A DNA stretch of 45,371 nucleotides. Origin: an uncultured delta proteobacterium (GTDB lineage Bacteria > Desulfobacterota > Binatia > Bin18). How positions within the stretch are numbered: position 1 is the first letter of the stretch; each line of letters opens with the position of its first letter. The position numbers and the translations under genes were made by a program. The stretch spans positions 1 through 45,371 of the forward strand of contig CAVTCR010000082.1 of the NCBI GenBank assembly GCA_963733195.1, read 5' to 3'. The notes beneath the pieces are model-generated. The model was not told the DNA's origin. It searched no databases and worked only from the letters and a program-made list of their open reading frames with translations. Shown one piece after another: positions 32,814-41,572 of the stretch.

Positions 32814-33778
32814 CTATGTGGGTTTCTTCACGCACAGGAAACCGACATAGTTGTACCACTGAAAGACGGTCTCGGCGACCGCAAAGCCGTTGCGTCGGAA
32901 CATCTCCAGGTTCTCATCGATGCGGTAAGGGACGAGTACGTTCTCGAGCGCCTCCCGCTTGCGTAAGATTTCGCTCTCGGAATAACCGTTGCGTCTCTTG
33001 AACTCATAGTAGAAATCGATGAAGAAACGGTTCATATGCGTGTTGTTGGTGAGAACCTTCTCAGTCACTATCAGCACCCCGTCCTCAGACTAGTCCGCTA
33101 ATGGATTATTGACGAAGGAGTCGGTAATCAAAGCAGACCATGTTGAATAAGCTCCCAGCAAAACATTACTTTCTTATAATCGCGATGGAACAAGGATAAT
33201 TCTGCACACTGCTGTTTCCGAAGGGGGTCGCACAACAGCGCTAGAGGATCTGTATCCAAAGGAGTTTCTTCTTAGAAGTCCAAAGACTCCATGACCTATT
33301 TTGGGCTAGTCAACACTATAGATCCACTTGATCAGGTTGTCCCTCCGCAGGGGGCGGATAAACTGCAGGGTCCAACACATCGTCACGACGCTGGCCTTCT
33401 CCAGGGACAGCTGCGAGCGATCCCCGTTGAGATCGCCACATCGCACCTCGATGCGGTCCTCGAACCCGTTCTCCTTGATCTTGAGTTTCGCCTGCTCGAG
33501 CATCGGGAGGGAGTTATCGTATCCGATCAGGCGCGCCGGTTGCTCCGATCGCCCGGCACAGGTTGATCAGGGTGGTGGCCGTCGAACATCCCAGGTCATA
33601 GATGTTCGTGTCTTGAATCCAAAATTTCTTCCCGAATCTCCGCGATCATGTATTGTTGTTCAGGGTAAAACGGCACGCTACGAACGAGCATGTCGTCGAA
33701 CACCTCAGCGACGGCGTCATTAAACTCAAAGTCGCTCGCCCGTGCCGCCGTCCCAGAAAAAACTTTGTCTCGCTTCAC
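32814..33778 (-). pseudogene. cmoA: CmoA-like carboxy-SAM synthase interrupted by a ~220-bp insertion
   Basis: DFEFNDAVAEVFDDMLVRSVPFY, YDLGCST, TLQFIRP, FKRRNGYSESEILRKREALENVL and FQWYNY; a non-coding block lies at about 33090-33315. Confidence 0.75.
33090..33315. mobile_element. Non-coding insertion (IS remnant or MITE)
   Basis: AT-richer block separating IKWIYS from SEDGVLIVTEK; CTAG at both junctions (33090-33093, 33306-33309). Confidence 0.5.
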
Positions 33779-33791
33779 TTCCCGCTCCTTT

Positions 33792-34791
33792 TTACTGCAT
33801 CGGCTTGCGACTCGCCTCACCTCCGGCTCTGATGCCGGAAAGCACCCGTCCATGAACTCGTCCAGCAAGTGCCAATTGCGGTAGAGTTCCGGGTATCGCC
33901 TGATGTACCCTTCTAGCAAACCTGCGTACTCCCGAAGGCTCTTTTCCAGCCCCTGTTCTCTGCCGGCATCCTTTTCAATGTGAACAGGGCCCTCGATGAT
34001 CAAAATACCCGCGCTATCGCCCTCCTGGACGCAGAATATCGGCAGGAGAGGTGCGCCGGATAACCTCGCCAGGCTGACCATGCCCGAGGCGAAGAGAGTA
34101 GTCCCCGCGAGAAGTCGATGGGGATGAGCTTTTGCCCAACCCTCCCGTCCCCGGAAATACACAAGGCGGCGTTGCGGTTCAAGAGGTTGAGGAGGATTCT
34201 GGTAAACGCGAGAGAATCCGAGCCGGGCAGGTCGATGATCTCCGTGACGAAGTGTTTTTCACAGCCAGTGAAAAAGCGCTTGACCATTCTCCGTCGCACC
34301 CAGGTCGCAGAGCTATCCTCCGTAAGAAACCCGCCCAGGTGATTCGGGCCGTGCACCTGATGGACCGCGAACCCGTTCGCGCGCAAAATCTGCTTCGCCA
34401 AGAGTCGCCGGCCGAAGCCGTTGCTCTCCCAGAGAATTACTCCCTTCCCCCTTTCAACGCCCTGTGTAAATGTTCCACGCCGTGGATCTTGGCTCCCCGG
34501 GCCGCTGCCGCCTCTTTTCGTGGACGGCGACCACGAGAGCATTTCCCGCCAGACCCCGGATAAAGCCCCTTTCACAATCCTCCGTCTTTGCTCTCCATCC
34601 AGCTTTCCGGCAAACGCCCTCAACAGATTCTTTTCGATGGTCCGCCTCTTCGTCATCGAAAACCTATAGGCCGTAGAAGCAAGGGTGCGGGCGACAAGCT
34701 CCTTCAGTCTATGGGAAGGGAACAACGCCGCGACCTCAATGAGGGCAATCGCGGAGAGGAAATAGAGGTCTTTGAGCGCGACGAGCTTCAT
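33792..34791 (-). CDS. Second LpxL/HtrB-like acyltransferase, frameshifted
   Basis: Paralogue of 27617-28588 (KDLYFL, KGVILWES, QVH...HLGGF, FVTEIIDLP.SDSL.FTR, IRRYPELYRNWH). Confidence 0.8.
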
Positions 34792-35054
34792 TCTTGATCC
34801 ATTGTACGGCTTTTCCATCGTGAAGGCTTTCGCAGAACGTATGTGGCCAAAGCTCCGAAGCTGTCCGCTCCCTGGCCGTTCAGGAATCACAGTCGATCTA
34901 AGGCGATCCTCACTTTCAAGAGGTAGTGGTCGCGCGGCCATTGACGGTATACGTCACAGGACAACGCGTGGCGCAGCCGGGCGCGAACGCGTTCCTACTC
35001 TCAAGGAAGCGCTCTATGACCGTCCTGGTCGTCGGGCAGCGCGGCCCCGTATAT

Positions 35055-35146
35055 GCGTCAGGAAAATCCTGCGCCAGCAGACTTTCCATAAGAGGTTTGA
35101 GGTATCTTGCGCCGTTATACGTAGACAGGAGAATTTGAACCGTCAT
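35055..35146 (-). pseudogene. N-terminal remnant of a GT2 glycosyltransferase
   Basis: MTVQILLSTYNGARYLKPLMESLLAQDF, then homology is lost. Confidence 0.65.
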
Positions 35147-35189
35147 ATACTCCTGAAGGTCGTGATCAGACAAAAGCACAGTGGCCGGT

Positions 35190-35954
35190 TCATCGTTCTA
35201 AGCGGGCGACAATGGCGCGCCGGATCTGGCGCGGTAGTCTACGCGCCCCGATGTACCAGGGAAATAATCGCGACGCGATCAGAGCGAACAACCGCTCGGT
35301 GCGGAGATAATACATGTCCACACGTTCGAGGGTATAGGGGTCACTGCCGGCGGCGATCAGACCCAGCTTGTCCGAACACGCGCAGGCAAAATATCGTCGT
35401 ACGATTTCCCGGCTGCGCTGGTCGTAGCGACCGAAGGGGTACGCAAAACAAGTGACCGGGGCGCCGAGCATGTCCTCGATGATGGCCTTGGAGTGATACA
35501 CCTCTGCTTCGACCCGGACGGAGGGCAGCCGGGTCAAGTCCGGATGGGTAAGCGTGTGGGCGCCAAAACTGATCCCCCATTGCCCCATCTCCCGTATTTC
35601 GCGCCAGCTCAGCATAGGGTGACCTTCGAGAGAGGGCAACCGATCATGAGGATTCGTCGTTCCTTTCGCTCCTACCGTGAGGAATACCGTGGCGGACATG
35701 TTATAGCGCTGTAACACCGGGAACGCTTCTTCATATACGGTTTGATACCCGTCGTCGAACGTGAGCACGAAAGATCGGTCCGGAAACGACGCACCCTGGC
35801 GCAAACGCTCCACGGCTTCCGGCAGACTCACCGTCCGATATCCGCTCTCCTGCAGCCTGGCCATCCCCCGTTGGAACAGACGCGGCAGGAAGGAGAGCAC
35901 AGACGACTCGTCGTCAAGGGAGTGAAAGGTCAGGATGGACAGTGAGGAAGTCAT
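35190..35954 (-). CDS. Polysaccharide deacetylase (NodB homology)
   Basis: ILTFHS, LTFDDGY, GAHTLTHPDL and FAYPFG motifs. Confidence 0.9.
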   Translation of the reverse strand: MTSSLSILTFHSLDDESSVLSFLPRLFQRGMARLQESGYRTVSLPEAVERLRQGASFPDRSFVLTFDDGYQTVYEEAFPVLQRYNMSATVFLTVGAKGTTNPHDRLPSLEGHPMLSWREIREMGQWGISFGAHTLTHPDLTRLPSVRVEAEVYHSKAIIEDMLGAPVTCFAYPFGRYDQRSREIVRRYFACACSDKLGLIAAGSDPYTLERVDMYYLRTERLFALIASRLFPWYIGARRLPRQIRRAIVARLER

Positions 35955-36073
35955 GGGAGTTGAGACGCTTGTTCCGCTGTAGTCCTTGCAACTCTATAGG
36001 ACGTTTGATCGACTTTCACCGGCCGCCCCGAGGAGGCAGACTCTGCGGCGGCGAGCACAACCTTCTCTTGGCT

Positions 36074-36242
36074 GCTGCTCAGAAACAAAATGCTCCGCCC
36101 CTGCCCCCCGGATTCCAGCGTGCGCCGGAACCGGAATGACGCAGACGGCATGCCCGTCATTCCGGGCGAGCACCACGAAACCCGGAATCCAGGCGCATCC
36201 AGCTTCTGCCTCCACGCTTAGCGCCCGCGCTATGGAGAACTC
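36074..36242 (+). repeat. Bipartite direct repeat, copy 2, with an internal REP pair (36110-36193)
   Basis: Same 18-bp and 27-bp blocks as 27503-27568, here separated by ggattcc...ggaatgac / gtcattccgg...ggaatccagg palindromes. Confidence 0.8.
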
Positions 36243-36424
36243 GTAAGGCCCTGATACCTCGCCGGACTTCTCAGAAAGTGCCAATGAACGGCACTGTTCC
36301 GGATGTCTTCGCGCATAGGCTTCCGACAAACTTACACCCTCGACGAACCTATTCTCCAGACTGCGCGCCTTTCAACATCAGATGCTACATGAATAGGGGG
36401 GTTCGATGACAACGCGCGTCCCCC

Positions 36425-36484
36425 GGCGACAATACGGCACTGTAGAGTGGGCTCTGGTCGCCATCAGGTCGCTGGAGCACAGAT
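36425..36484 (+). repeat. 60-bp direct repeat, copy 2
   Basis: Matches 8242-8301. Confidence 0.85.
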
Positions 36485-36506
36485 TTTTCTCCTTCCCAGG
36501 CAGAGC

Positions 36507-36690
36507 AGCTCACCGTGTAGCCCGCGAGGTAGTGACCCAGCAAACGCAAGTGCGCACCGACGTGAGGGCCGCCCTTGAGCAGCAACCACACTGTCATCAG
36601 GAACAGCGCGGCTCCGCCCATCAGGGAACACAGGTTAGCCCCAACACGCCCGCCTGGATTTTCACGACCGCCCGACTCACCTCGTCAGTC
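36507..36690 (-). pseudogene. Truncated small membrane protein of glycosylation clusters
   Basis: GGAALFLMTVWLLLKGGPHVGAHLRLLGHYLAGYTVS is cut off just before the 60-bp repeat. Confidence 0.5.
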
Positions 36691-37092
36691 TCCGTCAGCT
36701 GGGATTATGTCCTAGAATCCCTGTAACTGAGAGAGAGTAGACGGGAAGCACTTCTGCGGTAGGTAACCAGGTTACGAGCAAGATTACACAACCACGAGAA
36801 GGAGGGCTCCCGTAGGGAGAAGAAGATAGCACCGAGTGAACAGAAAGCCTAGGCGTTGCGCGCGTTATTACAGGGCCAAGCGGACGTTTGCGTGTTTCCG
36901 AAGCAAGGCTGACCTCCACGTGACCGGGAAGACCGTCCTTCATAGGTACGGCGTCTCTCATGTCGACTCCCGCACCGTGGGGAGGCAGAACGCGGATTTG
37001 AGACTTGGATTTATTTAACTGAAGGCGATAGCATCGCCACCAGTCTGTTAGTTGCATGAGCCATCATTCCGATTTAGTGCAAGTGCCATATT

Positions 37093-37115
37093 ACACGACT
37101 TGGAAGGTTTCACGC
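37093..37115 (+). repeat. 23-bp direct repeat, copy 2 (putative right island boundary)
   Basis: Identical to 7885-7907; 44 bp beyond the CHAT gene stop. Confidence 0.85.
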
Positions 37116-37159
37116 AGAACCAAGGGGCATATTGGAGATGGAATTTTCTCTAACCGACG

Positions 37160-39700
37160 TCAGCGCAACCCAGCTGTGCTCAGGTGCGCTAACAAGTGCT
37201 CTCGAATTGCCTGATCTTTGTAGGGAAGGCTGCGTCGGAGACTATCCAGAGAAATCTGTGGGCTTATCCGCACGATTTCTGCAACTTCGGCGCGGGCCTC
37301 TCCTTCATGGCCTAACTCACTAGCGCTTGCCGCTAGTTCCACATGTGCGCCGATATGCGTAGGGCTGTTCTGCAAAACTTCGCGCTGCACGGCTATTGCA
37401 GCTTCGTACCGCCCGGCTAACCGATGGGCATGTCCGAGAATCCAGAGATACGAAGTTGAAGCTCGCGGATTGAGGCGAATCGCTTTTTGTACCCACTCAA
37501 TAGCTTCATCAGGTTTGCCTACCCAGGTAAGGATCTCTGCGAGGGTGGCACAGCCTTCAGCGTCGTTAGGGTCGAGAGCGATGGCTTTTTCAGTGGTTGC
37601 AATTGCGCGGTCATACTCTTTTTGCCACAAAAACACGTTGCCGAGTACCATGTGGGCGAGTGACAACGAATCATTACGGCTAACGGCTTGTTGCGCGAGA
37701 GACATGGCGCGGTCCAGTGTTTGTGGGGTTTGCTGCCATTGCCAGGTCCACTCCAACAAGTACGTTGCTGCGAGGGCGGCATACGCATCTGCATAATTGG
37801 AATCGAGTTGCGTTGCCTGCTCGAACAATTGGCGTGCTTGTAGAGTCGCTTCTTCGGTTAATTGCCCATAGAGCGTCCAGCCACGTAAAAAGAGGTCGTA
37901 GGCTTCTAAGTTGTTGGTGGGAATACGATTAAGGCGGCGTTGCTCTTCCGGGGCAATTTGCACCCGTAGGGCTGCGACAATTTTGCTCGTGATCTCATCT
38001 TGGAGGGTAAAAATATCCTGCCATAGACGATCATAACGTTCCGCCCAAAGGGGCGAGTTTGTTGTCGTATCGACAAGCTGTGCGGTAATCCGTACCCGCT
38101 TATCCGCTTTGCGGACACTGCCTGCCAAAATATACCGCACCCCAAGTTCTCGGCTGATTTGCTCAGGCTTGGTCATTTTGCCTTTGTAGAAAAAGGCTGA
38201 GTTACGGGCGATGACGAAGAGGTTCGACAACTTAGAGAGGTCGGTAATCAAATCCTCGGAGATGCCATCGCTGAAATACTCTTGCTCTGGGTCGTGACTG
38301 AGATTGAGAAACGGAAGGACGACAAGAGAAGGTTTGTTCGGATACGGAAGGGAGTGGTCATTCTGAGTAGAGCCAGGCATCTGACGTTGATGAAAATGCT
38401 GGAGCACTGGAGTGAAGAACAACACACTTGCTGTGAGAAAAAGGAGTCCCAGACTGACGAACCATAACCGACTGGAGAAACGTTTTCCTCTGGGAGGAAA
38501 TGAAAGGGGAAGTGCAGTGCTGGCAGATACAACTGGATGGTTGACCTGCCCCGTGATGACAATAGGAGCAATCGGAGAGTCGATAAAAGAAGAAACAGAA
38601 GGTGCTTTTTCTTGTCCCGGTGACAAAAGAGTAAAGGTAGGGTCGCCGTACAAGACGTAACTTGCCCAGGTCAGGCTGTTCCATCCCTTCTGTTGTATGA
38701 TGGCATGTCGTGCAGCGAGCAGCGCCGTACCCAAACTGAGTCCAGAGAGCAGATTCTGATAGAAGGTCGTAGCAAAGAGTCGACTTTCTTCGTCATCAAC
38801 CTCCCAGAACGTACCAATATAGTTTTTCACTCCTGCTAAGAGAAACGCACTGCCGATACCAAACGCCTGCCCTTCGTAGCCGTAATTTCCGCTCCATTCT
38901 GCGGTTGCTCCTGCCTGGCACGAGTTGGAAAACACCACCTGCGGCGGGTGACTACATTTACTCAACTCTCCGGCGGTGAGGATGCTGTCATGCAAGCGCC
39001 AGCCGCTTTTACTCGGAGTGCGTGGATCGTAAAAACTATGCCCGGCAAAGTGGACGAGGTCATACTCTTGTAATTCTGTGAGCAGTGGGATTTTCTGAAT
39101 CTGTTTTCCACCCAGAAGGGAAACCTCGACCTGTGGAATGTCGTCGAGCAATGTACAGAGCAATTGTGCTTCTTTGTTGGCTTCTGGCAGTGTCTCAGTT
39201 GGGTCAACAATGAGAAGGATTCTGAGGGGTTTGTCCTGCTCTTGTGCTCGTATGCTCCGCGGGATCGGTGCGCCGGTAATAACTTGCCTACCTACGGGAA
39301 ACTTAGTGACAAGAAATTGCTCACCATCAAAGCACAGTTCCCAGGGGATCTGCATGAGCTGTTCGTCCAGCCGGAGATACAGATTAACTGCCTCTGCGGT
39401 ACGGAGGCGATTGCGTGCAGGCTCGGTGAGCAGGTGGGAGAAAATCAAGCCGCCGACTCGTTGGAGGTCGTGGATAACTGTGCCTGGTTGCAGAGAAGTG
39501 AAGTTTCTAGAAGAGGCTGAGCTTGCACTCCTTCCGTAACCAGGACTAGCCAGACGCATAACCGCGGCAGTCAGTTCTTGTAGAAAGGGTGACTCGACTT
39601 GGGTTTCGCTCCGCGGAATCAGGGACCCAACTTCATCCAGATCGATAATGAGAGAATCGCCCTTACGGAGGACAGTCAAGTGGATGGGCGTTTTTTCCAT
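37160..39700 (-). CDS. CHAT (caspase-like) protease - transmembrane helix - TolB-like - TPR protein
   Basis: Intact 846 aa; IPWEL, VHFAGH (H221), FSNSC (C261), AFLLAGV..YIGTFWEVDD and WASYVLYG; TM LWFVSLGLLFLTASVLFF; SLVVLPFLNLS.DPEQEYFSDG; TPRs with A..LDPN. Confidence 0.9.
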   Translation of the reverse strand: MEKTPIHLTVLRKGDSLIIDLDEVGSLIPRSETQVESPFLQELTAAVMRLASPGYGRSASSASSRNFTSLQPGTVIHDLQRVGGLIFSHLLTEPARNRLRTAEAVNLYLRLDEQLMQIPWELCFDGEQFLVTKFPVGRQVITGAPIPRSIRAQEQDKPLRILLIVDPTETLPEANKEAQLLCTLLDDIPQVEVSLLGGKQIQKIPLLTELQEYDLVHFAGHSFYDPRTPSKSGWRLHDSILTAGELSKCSHPPQVVFSNSCQAGATAEWSGNYGYEGQAFGIGSAFLLAGVKNYIGTFWEVDDEESRLFATTFYQNLLSGLSLGTALLAARHAIIQQKGWNSLTWASYVLYGDPTFTLLSPGQEKAPSVSSFIDSPIAPIVITGQVNHPVVSASTALPLSFPPRGKRFSSRLWFVSLGLLFLTASVLFFTPVLQHFHQRQMPGSTQNDHSLPYPNKPSLVVLPFLNLSHDPEQEYFSDGISEDLITDLSKLSNLFVIARNSAFFYKGKMTKPEQISRELGVRYILAGSVRKADKRVRITAQLVDTTTNSPLWAERYDRLWQDIFTLQDEITSKIVAALRVQIAPEEQRRLNRIPTNNLEAYDLFLRGWTLYGQLTEEATLQARQLFEQATQLDSNYADAYAALAATYLLEWTWQWQQTPQTLDRAMSLAQQAVSRNDSLSLAHMVLGNVFLWQKEYDRAIATTEKAIALDPNDAEGCATLAEILTWVGKPDEAIEWVQKAIRLNPRASTSYLWILGHAHRLAGRYEAAIAVQREVLQNSPTHIGAHVELAASASELGHEGEARAEVAEIVRISPQISLDSLRRSLPYKDQAIREHLLAHLSTAGLR

Positions 39701-39716
39701 GACGAATCAGCGTCTC

Positions 39717-40571
39717 TTATGCATGCAGTTCGACCTCGAATGATGCCTCTATACCAGCGCAAACAATCTCATAGAGTCCAGGAGCAAGATGGGGAACTCG
39801 GAGGACTCCTTGCTGGTCTGTTTTTTTAGAAAGAATCGACTTGCCTTGCTGGTTGAAAAACACGCGTTGTCCAGCCAGGCTTTCCTGTTGCGGACCAAAA
39901 AGCATTAGTGTCAGAGCTATTCCTTTTCCGTCTGGAACTACAGTCAAAGTAATAGTGTACTGCCCGGCAGTGAGCTTGAGGTCAAGCCGAGGAGGCGCTT
40001 CTTCAGAACGATAGGCTGGAGCGGGAACGAACACTTCCTGGATGTCGAAAAATGGGGCAACGAGGTTCTGTTCGAGAAGTTTGAGGCTCTTCTCAACAAG
40101 CTGAATCACGACGCGAGAAAGGACTGTTCTTTGCTCCCCTACTTTTGACCCTTGCCACAATGCGGCAGCTTGTGTTTTCAGCGCAGCCGGGACAGGCTTC
40201 TTCTCGGCTGTAGATAGAAAAGAGGCAGCACGAAACGCTGTCTGTACCTCGTTGAAACAGGCATTACACGTTTGCAGATGTTGCTCAACAATTCCTGTCT
40301 CTCTCTCAGAAAGGAGGCGTTGGGCATAGGCAGCTATTGTCTCTGGAGACAGACAGGTCGGAGTGTGTGGTGTGATTGAAAAGGGAGCAGGGGACTGAGC
40401 CAGGATGGAATGTCCTCTTTCTGCCGCGCGTTGCAGACGAGCCATGAGAGAGCTGCACTTTACGCAGGTTGCAAGGTGCTGGGTCACTACGTGTTCCTCT
40501 TGTGGGGGCGACTCATGGTCGAGCACCCGCGAGAGGAGCGTGATGTCCGGGCACGTCGAGGGGGTGTTCAT
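39717..40571 (-). CDS. Soluble anti-sigma-like protein with two zf-HC2 motifs and a C-terminal beta-sandwich
   Basis: HLATCVKC and HLQTCNAC motifs; no evident TM; C-terminal TDQQGVLRVPHLAPGLYEI resembles a carboxypeptidase-regulatory-like fold. Confidence 0.8.
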   Translation of the reverse strand: MNTPSTCPDITLLSRVLDHESPPQEEHVVTQHLATCVKCSSLMARLQRAAERGHSILAQSPAPFSITPHTPTCLSPETIAAYAQRLLSERETGIVEQHLQTCNACFNEVQTAFRAASFLSTAEKKPVPAALKTQAAALWQGSKVGEQRTVLSRVVIQLVEKSLKLLEQNLVAPFFDIQEVFVPAPAYRSEEAPPRLDLKLTAGQYTITLTVVPDGKGIALTLMLFGPQQESLAGQRVFFNQQGKSILSKKTDQQGVLRVPHLAPGLYEIVCAGIEASFEVELHA

Positions 40572-41536
40572 GGTCTACCTCTCTCTTGAGTTTCTTCCTC
40601 ACCGAACTCTTGTATGAGACGTTGGCGAAGGCGGCAAACCCGAGAACTCACGGTTCCCACGGTCAGATTGAGAAGCCGCGCGATATCTTTGTATGAGGTT
40701 GTCATTTTACTGGTACGTAGCTCTTCTAGTATCCGTGCTTTTTGCTGATAGCGTTTTGTTAGGGCCTGTTCGATCTCCTCCCGTTGCTGTAGCAACGGTA
40801 TCTGATCTGTAGCATTCCCTTGTGTTTTTATAAGAAGAATTTTTTCTTGTATTTCCTGCAACTCTTTTTGTCGCAGGAGAATCCACCCCCACACCGAATC
40901 CAGTTCGTCATCGAGTTGGGTCAACTTGACATCTTTCCGTCGCAGGTTTGCTTGTATCTCAGCGACCAAGGCCAGGGTATCAATGATCGACCGCCCCGAG
41001 CTCTTGGCGAGTAGTCGAATATCATCAGGATCAAGCTCACACTCTAAAAGTGAAAGCAGTTTCAGATCAAGGCGTTCCTCTGGAGTGAGAGAGCCCCATA
41101 CTACTGAAAGAGAGCTTGTCGAAATTGACGCTTCTTCTCTGGTGTTCCAATGGTCATGGCTGGGAAGAACATCTTCTAAAGTTCTACTTTCCCCGTCGGC
41201 TGAAGTATCCAAGGGAGTGGATAGTGAAATAGTCTCAAGGTTTTTTCGCGTTCGTTGCCACTCTAAAAACAGATGTTTGAGTACGTAATAGGAGAGAAAG
41301 GTACGGAACTGGATGCTATTGCGCCCTTCAAACGTCCGCATACGAGTGAAAATGCGCTCGTTCTCAAAGACATACAGGTAGAAGTCTCCAGCATCTTCCT
41401 CGGGGAGGCGATAGATTTTTATCGGGAAATTGTAAATATCTTCGCCGTACTCTTCTTGAAAACGCAGGCGTGCATCATTGTTCCCACTCGCGCAGGTCTG
41501 CAAAAAGGCACGAATATCGGCAGGCTCGTGGGACAT
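40568..41536 (-). CDS. ECF-like sigma-70 factor with a coiled-coil insertion
   Basis: Region 2-like EEDAGDFYLYVFE...FEGR...FRTFL; region 4 LTPEER...SYKDIARLLNLTVGTVSSRVCRLRQRL; stop overlaps the anti-sigma start. Confidence 0.85.
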   Translation of the reverse strand: MSHEPADIRAFLQTCASGNNDARLRFQEEYGEDIYNFPIKIYRLPEEDAGDFYLYVFENERIFTRMRTFEGRNSIQFRTFLSYYVLKHLFLEWQRTRKNLETISLSTPLDTSADGESRTLEDVLPSHDHWNTREEASISTSSLSVVWGSLTPEERLDLKLLSLLECELDPDDIRLLAKSSGRSIIDTLALVAEIQANLRRKDVKLTQLDDELDSVWGWILLRQKELQEIQEKILLIKTQGNATDQIPLLQQREEIEQALTKRYQQKARILEELRTSKMTTSYKDIARLLNLTVGTVSSRVCRLRQRLIQEFGEEETQERGRP

Positions 41537-41572
41537 TAAAAGGGCGCCTCTTCTCCAGCGAATTCATCACTA

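Noticed and set aside
33596-34162. Acyltransferase-CmoA fusion protein
   Set aside because: The cmoA-like gene has its own RBS (AAAGGAG) and GTG start at 33778; the read-through is probably a frameshift artefact
34772-35455. Long plus-strand ORFs antisense to cluster genes (here and throughout)
   Set aside because: Shadow ORFs of GC-rich coding sequence with no motif support
36695-37057. 120-aa ORF and overlapping short ORFs
   Set aside because: No recognisable motifs; probably an intergenic or leader region
37075-37092. Sigma-54 promoter at TGGCAC on the minus strand
   Set aside because: TTGC follows immediately rather than after 5 nt, so the -24/-12 spacing is wrong
37160-41536. Type III-E CRISPR accessory module (Csx29/Csx30/sigma)
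   Set aside because: No Cas7-11 or array in the window; CHAT is N-terminal and membrane-linked, and the partner is a zf-HC2 protein, so this is an analogy only
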